NCBI GenBank assembly: GCA_018826905.1
Contig: JAHJYC010000004.1
Location: 207,988 to 271,987 of the forward strand
Source of the DNA: Patescibacteria group bacterium
GTDB lineage: Bacteria; Patescibacteriota; Minisyncoccia; Phycocordibacterales; Phycocordibacteraceae
Reading direction: 5' to 3'
Length of the DNA: 64,000 bases
The notes below the pieces were generated by a model. It searched no databases and was not told the origin of the DNA. It saw only the letters and a list, made by a program, of their open reading frames with translations. The translations under genes were made by a program, and so were the position numbers. This document shows, piece by piece, positions 1-9,770 of this stretch (positions within the stretch are counted from its first letter, which is position 1; each line of letters starts with the position of its first letter).

Positions 1-573
1 AAGAACGGTAGTACCGAGCTCATTGATCTTCTTCAAGATATCCATGATCTCGTACGTGTTCACCGGATCCAGGTTTCCTGTAGGCTCATCAGCAACAATC
101 ACATCAGGCTGATTGATAATGGCGCGACCAATAGCCACGCGCTGCTGCTCTCCTCCAGAGAGCTGACTTGGGAAATGATGTGCCTTGTTTCCAAGGTCAA
201 CCAAATCAAGAATGTGTGGCACATCTAGTTCAATCTCGTCTTGCGGTCTTCCTGCTGCCTCCATAGCGAAAGCAATATTTTCATATGCTGTCTTGTTTGG
301 AATAAGACGGAAATCCTGGAACACCATTCCAATCTTTCTGCGATAGTGATGCAACTGACTTTTAGGGAGTGAGTGTACATCTGTTGATTCAAAGTACACA
401 GTTCCATCAGTAGGACGATCTTCTGCAAGAAGCATTTTAAGCAAAGTAGTCTTTCCTGCTCCTGAGTGCCCTACAACAGAAACAAATTCCTTTGGAGCGA
501 TGGAGATGGTGACATCCTCAAGTCCGGGAGTGCCGTCGTGATGGATTTTTGTAACCTTGTCAAAATAGATCAT
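1..573 (-). CDS. ftsE: Cell division ATP-binding protein FtsE (3' end runs off the window start)
   Basis: Manual translation of the minus strand from ATG at 573 gives MIYFDKVTKIHHDG...VSVVGHSGAGKTTLLK (Walker A), IGMVFQDFRL and LSGGEQQRVAIARAIINQP..IIADEPTGNLD. It lies next to prfB, a common synteny. It is missing from the ORF track because it is truncated. Confidence 0.9.
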   Translation of the reverse strand, partial: MIYFDKVTKIHHDGTPGLEDVTISIAPKEFVSVVGHSGAGKTTLLKMLLAEDRPTDGTVYFESTDVHSLPKSQLHHYRRKIGMVFQDFRLIPNKTAYENIAFAMEAAGRPQDEIELDVPHILDLVDLGNKAHHFPSQLSGGEQQRVAIGRAIINQPDVIVADEPTGNLDPVNTYEIMDILKKINELGTTVL

Positions 574-586
574 ATAACAAAGAGCA

Positions 587-1453
587 TTATACCTCAGCGT
601 CCCTAGACGCGTCTATAAAGCTATCCAGGTTTCCGGACAATATATCCTCCGGATCATGCGATTCGTGGCCTGATTCATGATCTTTCACCAATTTATACGG
701 ATGAAGGACATAGGATCTCATCTGGCTTCCCCATTCGTTCGCTGTTGTCGCCGCGATAGAACGTCCTTTTGCTTCGCTCTGGCGAGTCGCTTCCTCAATT
801 GCAAACAGCTTTGCTTTCACCAGCTCCATTGCCTTTTCGCGGTTGGCTAGCTGCGTCCGCTCTGAAGACACATGCGCAGAGACTCCTGAAGGAGTATGCA
901 CAATACGCACTGCTGTCTCTCTTTTATTTACGTTCTGTCCTCCTGCTCCCCCTGAGCGTGCAAACTGAATATCCAAATCGTCTGGCTTTAGTTCTATGGC
1001 TTCATTTCCAGAGAGTTTAGGGAGTACCTCAACAAGTGCAAATGACGTTTGGCGCTTTGCATTTGAATTAAAAGGAGAAATACGCACCAACCGATGCACT
1101 CCCGCCTCAGACTTAAGTCTTCCGTACACTCCCTTTCCTGTTATTTGGAGCATGACATTACGAAACCCTCCCTGAGGATTCTCATTTGAATGAAGTTCTG
1201 ACACTCCCCACCCTTGTTTGGAAGCGTACCCTTCATACATTCGTCGCAACATGCGCGCAAAGTCTTCTGCATCGTCTCCTCCGGCTCCAGCGAGGATAGC
1301 GAGTGTTGCAGGACCCGCATCATGCGAGTCTCCCGTCCCTCCTTCTTTAAGACTCTGATATTCAGCAATGTATCTTTGTGCTTCTGCTGGATCTTTCCAG
1401 AAGTCTGGTGAAGCCATCATGGCTTCAAGTTCTGCAATGCGCTCCTCGTTCAT
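587..1453 (-). CDS. prfB: Peptide chain release factor 2, short form
   Basis: GGQ motif (SGGAGGQNVNK), RF2-specific SPF motif (RISPFNS), EAGVHRLVR and WGSQMRSY. Start moved to ATG 1453 (MNEERI) because the longer ORF overlaps a tRNA; TATACT lies 7 nt upstream. Confidence 0.92.
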   Translation of the reverse strand: MNEERIAELEAMMASPDFWKDPAEAQRYIAEYQSLKEGGTGDSHDAGPATLAILAGAGGDDAEDFARMLRRMYEGYASKQGWGVSELHSNENPQGGFRNVMLQITGKGVYGRLKSEAGVHRLVRISPFNSNAKRQTSFALVEVLPKLSGNEAIELKPDDLDIQFARSGGAGGQNVNKRETAVRIVHTPSGVSAHVSSERTQLANREKAMELVKAKLFAIEEATRQSEAKGRSIAATTANEWGSQMRSYVLHPYKLVKDHESGHESHDPEDILSGNLDSFIDASRDAEV

Positions 1454-1485
1454 ACGAGTGAGTATACCAGGAACGATTTTTTCTG

Positions 1486-1558
1486 AGCCACCGTCCGGGA
1501 TTGAACCGGAGACCTTTTCGTTACGAGTGAAATGCTCTACCAACTGAGCTACGGTGGC
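1486..1558 (-). tRNA. tRNA-Thr(CGT)
   Basis: Reverse complement GCCACCGTAGCTCAGTTGGTAGAGC-A-TTTCA-CTCGTAA-CGAAA-AGGTC-TCCGGTTCAATCCCGGA-CGGTGGC-T folds as a cloverleaf; CCA not encoded. Confidence 0.95.
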
Positions 1559-1580
1559 GAATCTGGTTCAGGATAGCGGG

Positions 1581-1612
1581 AAAGCACTTCTGCATCAAGC
1601 AGAAGTGCTTTT
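1581..1612. terminator. Intrinsic terminator hairpin between the two tRNA-Thr genes
   Basis: AAAGCACTTCTGC-ATCAA-GCAGAAGTGCTTT, a perfect 13-bp stem. Confidence 0.7.
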
Positions 1613-1642
1613 AAGAATTGGGTCTATTGTTCTTTACGTTAG

Positions 1643-1718
1643 TGGAGCCGATGCCCGGGATTGAACCGGGGACCTCATCCTTACCATGGATGCGCTCTAC
1701 CGACTGAGCTACATCGGC
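1643..1718 (-). tRNA. tRNA-Thr(GGT)
   Basis: Reverse complement GCCGATGTAGCTCAGTCGGTAGAGC-G-CATCC-ATGGTAA-GGATG...GGTTCAATCCCGGG-CATCGGC-T-CCA. Confidence 0.96.
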
Positions 1719-1834
1719 CGTTGCTCCATATGGAACCTCTGCAGAGTACGGTATTTTGAGCATGTTTTCAATGCATCCAATATCCTCCCGAAGGAGTTAT
1801 ACTTCCTGAACCCTTATTGGTAACGCTCATCTCT

Positions 1835-3664
1835 ATGTGTGGAATTGTTGGCTATGTAGGCAAGAAGAACGCAGCTCCCTTCCTTCTTGAAGGACTCTCA
1901 GCGCTTGAGTACCGCGGATACGATTCAGCGGGCATGTATGTATCAGGGGCAGGAGCCTTGAAGCGCGCCGGGAAAGTAGCAGAACTCATTGCCTGCACGC
2001 CAGACACCTTTGAAGGAACGAGTGGTATTGCACACACTCGCTGGGCAACACACGGAGCTCCCACAGAGCTCAATGCCCACCCACACACTGATGCCACGAA
2101 GACTATCTGGCTCGTCCATAACGGCATTATTGAAAACCACGCAGAGATACGAAAGGAATTGGAGGCAACAGGTATTGTCTTCGCTTCTCAAACGGACACA
2201 GAGGCACTCGCCCAATTAATTGGACACCTCTATGCAGAAGGGACGCTTCTTGAGGATGCTGTTCGCGCTGCGCTAAAACAGGTACATGGGACATATGGTG
2301 TGGCTGTTGCAAGCGTACGAGAGCCTGAGAAAGTTGTTGTTGCACGTATGGGGAGTCCTCTCATGCTCGGTGTTGGCGAGGATGGTGTGTACGTCGCTTC
2401 AGACGCCACCCCTATCCTTCCTTACACCAGGAAGGCAGTGTATTTAGATGATGGAGAGATGGCCATCATTACAGATCAAGGCTATGTCATAACAGACGCC
2501 GATGAGGAAACGATAGACAAGCCTGTCACTTCCCTTGAGTGGTCTGCCGAAGCAGCTCAGAAGAAAGGCTACGAGCACTTTATGCTAAAGGAGATCATGG
2601 AAGTTGGAGAGGTTATTGAGAACACCCTCCGCGGAAGACTAGACAAAGAAAACGCTACGGCAATTCTTGGAGGATTCCAAGACACTGATATTCATAGTTA
2701 CTTAAAGCACGCAAAGCGCATCAGCATTACTGGCTGTGGAAGTGCGTATTATGCCGGACTTATCGGCAAAACAATGATTGAGGAGCTTGCAGGAATCCCT
2801 GTTGAAGTAGAGATCGCCTCTGAGCTCAGATACAGAACACCAACGGCAGATCCTAAGGATACTGTTCTCATCGCAGTGTCTCAGTCTGGAGAAACAGCAG
2901 ACACGCTAGAAGCCATTCGTGCAGCAAAAAGGCACGGCATGCTTACACTCGGCATCGTAAACGTTGTGGGTAGTACTGTTGCGAGAGAAACTGATGCGGG
3001 AGTATACAACCATGCAGGACCAGAGATTGGAGTTGCTTCAACAAAAGCATTTATCTCCCAGGTCTTGGTGTTTGCTCTTGTTGCACTACACCTTGCACGT
3101 GAACGTGGGCTTTCAGAGAAAGACGGCGCTACATTCATAGCTGAACTTGAGGCACTTCCAGCAAAGGCTCGCGAAATACTAGAACGCACAAAGGATATTG
3201 AGGCCGTTGCAAAGAAGTACGCACAGACTCGCGACTTCCTCTACTTGGGACGCAAGTTCCAGTGCCCTATTGCTTTTGAAGGAGCATTAAAACTAAAAGA
3301 GATCTCCTATATTCATGCTGAAGGATACGGCGCAGGTGAGATGAAGCACGGCCCGCTCGCACTCATTGATACAGAGTTTCCAAGCCTTGTGCTTGCTCCA
3401 AGAGATTCAATGTACGAGAAGACTGCTTCTAACATTGAAGAGATACGTGCACGCTCTGGGAAAGTTGTTGCGCTCACCACTGACGGGAACACTGATATTA
3501 CTCGCCTGGCAGACGACGTGCTGTATGTTCCGGAAACTCATGAAGCACTTCTCCCTGTGCTCACCACCATTCCACTACAACTCTTTGCGTACTACATAGC
3601 AAAAGAGCGTGACTGCCCTATAGACAAGCCACGCAATCTTGCAAAATCAGTAACGGTTGAATAA
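1835..3664 (+). CDS. glmS: Glutamine--fructose-6-phosphate aminotransferase
   Basis: Starts MCGIVG (catalytic Cys1), with EYRGYDSAG, GIAHTRWATHG, SQSGETADT and C-terminal PRNLAKSVTVE. Confidence 0.98.
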   Translation: MCGIVGYVGKKNAAPFLLEGLSALEYRGYDSAGMYVSGAGALKRAGKVAELIACTPDTFEGTSGIAHTRWATHGAPTELNAHPHTDATKTIWLVHNGIIENHAEIRKELEATGIVFASQTDTEALAQLIGHLYAEGTLLEDAVRAALKQVHGTYGVAVASVREPEKVVVARMGSPLMLGVGEDGVYVASDATPILPYTRKAVYLDDGEMAIITDQGYVITDADEETIDKPVTSLEWSAEAAQKKGYEHFMLKEIMEVGEVIENTLRGRLDKENATAILGGFQDTDIHSYLKHAKRISITGCGSAYYAGLIGKTMIEELAGIPVEVEIASELRYRTPTADPKDTVLIAVSQSGETADTLEAIRAAKRHGMLTLGIVNVVGSTVARETDAGVYNHAGPEIGVASTKAFISQVLVFALVALHLARERGLSEKDGATFIAELEALPAKAREILERTKDIEAVAKKYAQTRDFLYLGRKFQCPIAFEGALKLKEISYIHAEGYGAGEMKHGPLALIDTEFPSLVLAPRDSMYEKTASNIEEIRARSGKVVALTTDGNTDITRLADDVLYVPETHEALLPVLTTIPLQLFAYYIAKERDCPIDKPRNLAKSVTVE

Positions 3665-4075
3665 TTACCGTTGCTTAAGAAGCGCAATGATCTCATCAAG
3701 CTTCTCTACTTCTATGCGTGAGAGATCTTCTTGTAGGCGCTCTATCTCTGCCTTTGCATCTATATTAGTTTGATAGTCATCAAGTGCTTGCTGATGATCT
3801 CGTTCTGCGGCTCGCTTTTGAGTCATCATAATGATGGGTGCTGCGTACGCCGCTTGCGTTGAGAAGAGTAAGTTCAGGAGTATGAACGGATATGGATCCC
3901 ACTGTTGCAGGTAGCCAATTATATTCGCAGTAACCCAAAGGAGGATAATAGCTGTTTGAATAATAATGAAAGGCCACGAACCCATGCCGCTTGCGATAGC
4001 GTCAGCAATCCTCTGTCCAAGAGTCCGGTTCTCCTTCACTTTCTGGTGCCATGTTGGCAAGCGGTTGTGAGTCAT
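3665..4075 (-). CDS. DUF1003-family membrane protein
   Basis: GSWPFII...WDPYPFILLNLLFSTQAAYAAPIIMM signature; start set at MTHNRL. Confidence 0.85.
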   Translation of the reverse strand: MTHNRLPTWHQKVKENRTLGQRIADAIASGMGSWPFIIIQTAIILLWVTANIIGYLQQWDPYPFILLNLLFSTQAAYAAPIIMMTQKRAAERDHQQALDDYQTNIDAKAEIERLQEDLSRIEVEKLDEIIALLKQR

Positions 4076-4146
4076 ACCCAAACGATAGCACCCACAAGAT
4101 GCCTTCCTCATACTTCCTTTGGATAGAGTGGTATAGGCTACTAGAG

Positions 4147-4881
4147 ATGGAACTTTCTGTTGACCTTCTCAATCTGCAGTCTGGTATTGGCGTTACTCGT
4201 GGATACCGGCAGTACGCTACACGCGGCATGCGCTATATCATTCCTCACTCAAGCAAGCCCCTCGTGCATGCAGGGACATTCTTAAATGGTTCCCATTGCG
4301 ATATTGCCCTCCTCACTGAAGTAGATGGCGGCTCCCGTAGGTCAAAGTATATTTCTCAGCTAGATACCCTTAAAGAGAGCACTTCTTTTACTGATGGCTA
4401 TTTCTTTCCAACAAGAAGTTTAGGGAATTCAATAAACGAGGGGAACGGCATACTAAGTCTCTACCCATTAGAACGGAACCGCACTCACCCTCTTCCGAGT
4501 GCCACAAATCCAAGAGTGCTTGGCGAGAGCCGTATAACAATCAAGGGAATTCCTATAACACTATTTGTTGCACATCTTGCTCTTCGTACAGAAACTCGCT
4601 CACTACAGATAAAAAGAATTGGTGAAATACTTTCAAGTACATCTACACCAATCCTGCTTGGTGGAGACTTTAACGAGCGAGACGCTAAGAAATTCCGCTT
4701 ACTCACCAATATCGGTCTTTCATTCATTACCGCCCCCGGCTATCCTTCCTGGAAGCCAATTCATTCGCTGCAGGTTTTGTTCTACAGCTCACACTTTGAA
4801 GCGCATAACGCTTTTACGAATAAAGATACTCTCTTTTCAGATCACCTCCCCTTACATATAGACCTCACGTTTACTGCGTAG
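4147..4881 (+). CDS. Endonuclease/exonuclease/phosphatase (EEP) family protein
   Basis: LLTEVD, GNGILS, AHL, GGDFN and SDHLP motifs. Confidence 0.85.
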   Translation: MELSVDLLNLQSGIGVTRGYRQYATRGMRYIIPHSSKPLVHAGTFLNGSHCDIALLTEVDGGSRRSKYISQLDTLKESTSFTDGYFFPTRSLGNSINEGNGILSLYPLERNRTHPLPSATNPRVLGESRITIKGIPITLFVAHLALRTETRSLQIKRIGEILSSTSTPILLGGDFNERDAKKFRLLTNIGLSFITAPGYPSWKPIHSLQVLFYSSHFEAHNAFTNKDTLFSDHLPLHIDLTFTA

Positions 4882-5668
4882 CAATAGCAAGCGCTCCGTA
4901 AAGCCCTGATTGATCCTCAAGAATTCCTTTGGCGAGGGTTGGCATTTCTACACCGTCTGCTATTCGTGCTAATTCAGTTTGTACATCCAAAAGTCTGAAC
5001 GCAGTTTCTTCGTTCATAAGAGACCCTCCCAACACCAATACGTCTGGAGACCAGTGTCGCACTGTGTTGTATATCCCTGTAGCAAGCAGAACAGTTCTCT
5101 CTTCATAAAACGATCTAGGGAGACTTTCTGAAAGCTCTCCCGTCTCCTTTTGAATTCCTGCTCCGCTCACGGCGTCTTCTAGTGTCTTCCCGGTATGGTG
5201 ATCAATGATCTGTTTTCCAGGCTCAAGACCGTGTACAAAGGGAACGATTCTTTTGTTATGGATGAGTGTTCCACCCACCCCAGTACCTATGCCAAGGTAC
5301 CCAACAAGCACAGCTTCCTTCCCTGCTCCGTACACTGCTTCGCCAAGACCGGCCAAGTCTGCGTCGTTATACATGGAGACCGATACCCCGCTCGCTTGTG
5401 CGAGAAGAGTACCAAAAGATACTCCATTCCACTCTGGCAGATTAGGAGAGTGTTGTACTATTCCGTCTGAAATAGTGCCCGCCACCCCTCCCACAATTCT
5501 CTCAATCTCTCCCTCTTTCTCACTTATGCTTATGTAGGAAAGAACCATTTTGATAGCCTCCTCAGGATCTTTAGGTGTGGCGTAAGTTTGTACTAAAGAA
5601 AGACTAGTACCATCGCAAAGCGCAAGACGCATTTTCGTTCCCCCTATATCAAAAAGAAGAATACTCAT
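4871..5668 (-). CDS. ROK family sugar kinase (glucokinase-like)
   Basis: DIGGTK, NDADLAGLGE and GTGVGG motifs. Confidence 0.9.
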   Translation of the reverse strand: MSILLFDIGGTKMRLALCDGTSLSLVQTYATPKDPEEAIKMVLSYISISEKEGEIERIVGGVAGTISDGIVQHSPNLPEWNGVSFGTLLAQASGVSVSMYNDADLAGLGEAVYGAGKEAVLVGYLGIGTGVGGTLIHNKRIVPFVHGLEPGKQIIDHHTGKTLEDAVSGAGIQKETGELSESLPRSFYEERTVLLATGIYNTVRHWSPDVLVLGGSLMNEETAFRLLDVQTELARIADGVEMPTLAKGILEDQSGLYGALAIATQ

Positions 5669-6591
5669 AGTAATTTCTTAAAGTCAGCAATTAAGGGAGT
5701 GGCGTCCGCCATAACTCCATACGTATCTGCAAGCAGATGCGCGGCAGTGCGCACGAGCATCAGAGACCAGAGCACTTTGTACTCATATGTACCCTCGGGA
5801 AACGCTATAGAAATAACTTTTACATTTCTCTTTCTCAACACCTCTTCAAGTGCATCCATACGAACTTGAATACGTTCATGGTCTGAAGCATCTTTATACA
5901 AAACAACAACGAGAGGTTCAGAAAGTTCTGCGGTCTTTCCTAAGGGATCAAGTCCCTGTATCTCGTTATGATTAAGCTCAGGGAACGTATTGGAGAATGC
6001 GGGGACTTTTGCTGTCTCGTTCAGCGTTATCTTTGCAAGATATGCTGCGGGTTCGTTTCTTTGCGAAGAATATATAAGTGGGATGCCCGCCTCCAGTGAA
6101 GTCGCAAGCAGCTTTGCCTCTTCAAGAGTTTCTTCTTCTAGGTCTGGATACGCGCTCCACGCCGCCATGCGTTCTTGCTCTCCAAGAAGCGCAAGAAGTG
6201 CTTTAACCAGCACAAGGAACGCATCTCTTGGTTCTCTTCCAGAAGGAACTTCAATGTAGGGAATGTTCTTTGCTTTTGCTTTTGCTAAGAGGCTTCCTCC
6301 AGCAGCAATGACAGCAGTTCTATATCCGCGTTCTTGCGCTTCATTAAAGAAAGAGAGGGTTTCTTCTGTCTCCCCAGAATACGATGTTGCTATATACAAA
6401 GCATCTGGAGATGCATTCTCCGGAACACCGTAGTCTGTGTGCATCTGGATATGAGGCAATTGTCCCTGGAGCACACGTGCATGCAGTGCCGAACCTCCCA
6501 TGCCTCCACACACCACCGAAGACGTAGCAGGAATATCTCCAACTATCTCTGGCACATATGCACACTGCTCCTTTAAAAAGGCTGTACTCAT
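5665..6591 (-). CDS. Bifunctional phosphoglucose/phosphomannose isomerase (SIS + PGI/PMI C-terminal domain)
   Basis: GMGGSA, SYSGETEET, NETAK and FPELNHNE motifs; ATGA overlap with the upstream gene. Confidence 0.88.
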   Translation of the reverse strand: MSTAFLKEQCAYVPEIVGDIPATSSVVCGGMGGSALHARVLQGQLPHIQMHTDYGVPENASPDALYIATSYSGETEETLSFFNEAQERGYRTAVIAAGGSLLAKAKAKNIPYIEVPSGREPRDAFLVLVKALLALLGEQERMAAWSAYPDLEEETLEEAKLLATSLEAGIPLIYSSQRNEPAAYLAKITLNETAKVPAFSNTFPELNHNEIQGLDPLGKTAELSEPLVVVLYKDASDHERIQVRMDALEEVLRKRNVKVISIAFPEGTYEYKVLWSLMLVRTAAHLLADTYGVMADATPLIADFKKLL

Positions 6592-7781
6592 ATATCCATC
6601 ATATCTAATACTAATGCTCCCCACGTAAAGCGTGTTGCCCCGTACCCCCTACCTGTTTCTGGATTGAAGTACTCTCTGAAGCCGTTACGAGTTACGAGCG
6701 CAAGTGTTGTGTCTCGCATCCATTCAGCTTCTTCCTGGAAGCCGTACGACTTCAGTCCTTGATATATAAACCATTGCGGCGCAAACCAAATAGGACCCCT
6801 CCAGAATCCCTTTGGTCTATACGAAGGTTCTTGCTTAGAGACCGTACGAATACCAAAAGGAGAATGGAAGGTATCAGGGTTATGGAAATGAGTTTCTATA
6901 AGTGCCTTTGCTTCTTCTGGTGTGTATATCCCCGCAAACAGCGGAGCAAAGTGTGCCCATGTATCAACTTTTAGAAGCTCATGGTTCTCCCCTGCTCCAG
7001 ACCAAAACACTCCATCCTCAAGCAGGTGCTCTCGCATCGCTTCCTTGATAAGGCGTGCATGGAGAAGCGAATAGGTTTCTGCCTCAGTCTCTCCAAGCAA
7101 AGAAGCAATGTGCGCAAAGATTTCCAAATTCTTTATAAGAATGGAATTAAAGGGGACATCCTTCACCCAGAAGTGATTCCTGGTGCAGATTTCAACATCA
7201 AAGTTGCATACCCGATTTGCAGCAACAAGCTTCCATCGCTCATACATGTGTCCAAAGAAAGAAATGCTCTCCTTTAGTTGCATAGGCCCGTCAAAACGAG
7301 GCGAATTATCTTCCCCAGATTCGTCTGGATTTATGATGCTTATGAGATGGTTGTCTCGCGGATCACGGTGCTCAATAAGATACTTATGAAAGTTATGGAT
7401 TGGGAGAAAGATCTCACGCAAGAACGCTTCGTCTCCTGTCTTCTTGTATATCTCCCACGCAGCATACGCAATCATGGGTGGCTGTGTAATAGAGCTCGTT
7501 CCCTTCTTTCCCCACCCTATGTTATAGGGCCTCGTTATAAGCGGATTCCAAAACACCATGTGTGGAATCATCCCGTCATCAAACTGACGCGGAAGTAAGG
7601 AACGCAGTTCCTCTTTAGCAGCTTCAGGTTCTAGTTCAGCGAGCACAATGGCATGGAAACAGGAGTCCCAGAGCCATTGGTAGGGATAGGTGCGTGGAGA
7701 AGGGACCGTGTATTGATATCCATCTAGCGTGTGCCGGCGATTGGCACGATAGAGAGCATGAGCTGCTTCACGGACATCCAT
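6588..7781 (-). CDS. GH63-like glycoside hydrolase (mannosyl/glucosylglycerate hydrolase or trehalase-like)
   Basis: YPYQWLWDSCF, TQPP, ESGEDNSPR, FWRGPIW and FREYFNP..G.G...F.W motifs. Confidence 0.85.
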   Translation of the reverse strand: MDVREAAHALYRANRRHTLDGYQYTVPSPRTYPYQWLWDSCFHAIVLAELEPEAAKEELRSLLPRQFDDGMIPHMVFWNPLITRPYNIGWGKKGTSSITQPPMIAYAAWEIYKKTGDEAFLREIFLPIHNFHKYLIEHRDPRDNHLISIINPDESGEDNSPRFDGPMQLKESISFFGHMYERWKLVAANRVCNFDVEICTRNHFWVKDVPFNSILIKNLEIFAHIASLLGETEAETYSLLHARLIKEAMREHLLEDGVFWSGAGENHELLKVDTWAHFAPLFAGIYTPEEAKALIETHFHNPDTFHSPFGIRTVSKQEPSYRPKGFWRGPIWFAPQWFIYQGLKSYGFQEEAEWMRDTTLALVTRNGFREYFNPETGRGYGATRFTWGALVLDMMDI

Positions 7782-7809
7782 ACGACTATCATAACAAACG
7801 ATTCTGACC

Positions 7810-8142
7810 CTATGTAACCGTGCTCAGGATGGCGGTAATACGCTTTATTGTTACAAAGCCATACCCCCATAGTACAGGGAGCCAAAGCGGCATCACCCCA
7901 AATAGAGTCTGGCGCTCAAAGGTTTCCACTCCTGTGCTCACAAACAAGTACTCCGCAATAGTCATGCCGATGAGTCCAACGACAAAAGCAAGAAAATCGT
8001 GCTTGCCTGCAATAAGGAGTCCCGCAGCACTTATAAAGAAGAAGATCGCCGTTAAGAGGTAATCATTCAATACCAGTGGAATGAGCCCTATCATGAGGAG
8101 CACAGGGAGCGTGTGCAGGAAAATCTTTAGCGTTGTTTTCAT
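7810..8142 (-). CDS. Small multi-pass membrane protein (DUF2878-like)
   Basis: About 110 aa and hydrophobic, with E..V..G and PLWLPVLWG; TGGTATAGT lies 6 nt upstream of ATG 8142. Confidence 0.6.
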   Translation of the reverse strand: MKTTLKIFLHTLPVLLMIGLIPLVLNDYLLTAIFFFISAAGLLIAGKHDFLAFVVGLIGMTIAEYLFVSTGVETFERQTLFGVMPLWLPVLWGYGFVTIKRITAILSTVT

Positions 8143-8149
8143 AACAAAA

Positions 8150-9022
8150 CTATACCAAAGGAGGAAGAAGAGACTGTATAAGTTTCTTGTATAGAGACAC
8201 GATCTCCTCTTCCCCATTGTCTCGTATGTAAATACCAAATCCTGGCTGACTATTAATTTCCACAAGATACATCTCTCCCTTCGTGTTGAGGATAACGTCC
8301 AGTCCTGCAAACTCAACGCCAACCACCTGTTGGAGAGGCTGTATGAATTTGGTGAGTGCTTGTATGAGCACAGGATCGTTCACGTGATGCGCCACTGCAT
8401 TTTCATAATGCAGTGGGCTTAGGTTGCCAGAGAAGGTTGCTCCAGAAAAGTCTTTCTCGTACACAAGTACTATTTCCCCTTTGAAAACTACAACCCTAAA
8501 CTCCTGCGCTCTTTCTACATATTCTTGTGCAAGAGCTATGTAGTCATAGTGCTGAGAAGTATGATTGAATATTTCCTTTATTGAAGAAAGCACCTCTTCT
8601 GAAGTGTGCGCGAGAAACACATTCGCGCCTTGTCTTCCCGAATTCATTTTTACAATAACCGGGAGCGAAAACTCTGAGAGGATTCTTTCTGCAATCTCTT
8701 CGTACGATTTCTCCTTGATGTAGCATTTGTTTTCTTCAGCCTTTGGAAATGGATCAAAGAAACTATGTGTTCGTGGAGTTTGAATAACTTCTCCGACAAG
8801 CTTTGCGGTGAACTCCTTATCCTTGCAAATTCTGTGTATGGAATCAGAATTGAAAGGCGTTGAGTAGTTAGCAAAATATATCTTTTTCTGTGTGTCTATA
8901 GAAATAAGATTTCCATACAAATCATGAACGGTATAGAGTACTGCCAATTCTTCAGCAGCACGGCGTACACAGCGCATGTTTGGTATGGTGCCTCCCTTTA
9001 AAGCTGGCTGAGGTGGTTGCAT
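8150..9022 (-). CDS. ATP-grasp ligase (RimK-like)
   Basis: CKDK, PVIVKMNSGRQGANV, QEYV..EFRV, GLDV and VEINSQPG motifs. Confidence 0.8.
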   Translation of the reverse strand: MQPPQPALKGGTIPNMRCVRRAAEELAVLYTVHDLYGNLISIDTQKKIYFANYSTPFNSDSIHRICKDKEFTAKLVGEVIQTPRTHSFFDPFPKAEENKCYIKEKSYEEIAERILSEFSLPVIVKMNSGRQGANVFLAHTSEEVLSSIKEIFNHTSQHYDYIALAQEYVERAQEFRVVVFKGEIVLVYEKDFSGATFSGNLSPLHYENAVAHHVNDPVLIQALTKFIQPLQQVVGVEFAGLDVILNTKGEMYLVEINSQPGFGIYIRDNGEEEIVSLYKKLIQSLLPPLV

Positions 9023-9087
9023 ATATGCAGGTAGCAGAAGTATACCCAACTTTGGGATTCAAACACAAAACTACCGTACCTGCAGGA

Positions 9088-9693
9088 CTATGAACTTTGC
9101 AGAATAACCGAACAAGCAAAAGTGAAATCTGTTGGTGCTTCAGTACCCTCGTACAATGGTGCCTGTATGAGGAGGGTAATCTCTTCGTTATTTGTTAGTG
9201 CCTGCTCAATGGCTGATCTTGCTCTTTCTGAAATTGCTGCAGAGCTTTCAAGTGTTCCATCAGTTAGAATCCCCAGTTTGTACAGCAAGCGATTTTCTTC
9301 TACACGATTCACCGTGTTCCCTCTCTCTACTCGTTCACTATTATAGGAACTAAAGGAGGACGGAGATGAGGACGCTACTTGTAGATATACTGCCGTGACC
9401 CTTTCTCCTAGGATTGTAGTGTCTCGCGAGACAATTTGTCCTTCAACCATGGCAGTGCCAGCCCCTCTAGAATCAGTGACGCGAAATGGTTCATTGATTA
9501 CCCGAAGCACATCAGGCTCTGTCGTACTGCAGGTAGCCTGGTTAGAGAGAAAGGAACGCTCCGTATCCTGTACTGAAGTATCTTCGGGCTGGCGCTGATT
9601 AGATCCATTGGGAGAAGCGGGGTTGAGTATCAGGAACACAACGAGACCAACAATAAGCACTACAGCAAGAAGCATAGGGATAGTATGTTTCAT
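9088..9693 (-). CDS. Hypothetical membrane-anchored extracellular protein
   Basis: N-terminal hydrophobic helix, then a soluble domain with two Cys. Confidence 0.6.
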   Translation of the reverse strand: MKHTIPMLLAVVLIVGLVVFLILNPASPNGSNQRQPEDTSVQDTERSFLSNQATCSTTEPDVLRVINEPFRVTDSRGAGTAMVEGQIVSRDTTILGERVTAVYLQVASSSPSSFSSYNSERVERGNTVNRVEENRLLYKLGILTDGTLESSAAISERARSAIEQALTNNEEITLLIQAPLYEGTEAPTDFTFACSVILQSS

Positions 9694-9770
9694 ATACTGA
9701 TACAACAGGAAAGCAACTGAAAATTTAATTAATATTCAAGCTTTTACTCTTTCTGAGTATCTATCACAAA

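Noticed and set aside
1454-1543. N-terminal extension of prfB in the ORF track (MVEHFTRNEK...)
   Set aside because: It is a read-through of the tRNA-Thr sequence; a -10 box supports the start at 1453.
1719-1834. glmS ribozyme upstream of glmS
   Set aside because: Only about 115 nt, shared with the divergent tRNA promoter, and no recognisable ribozyme core.
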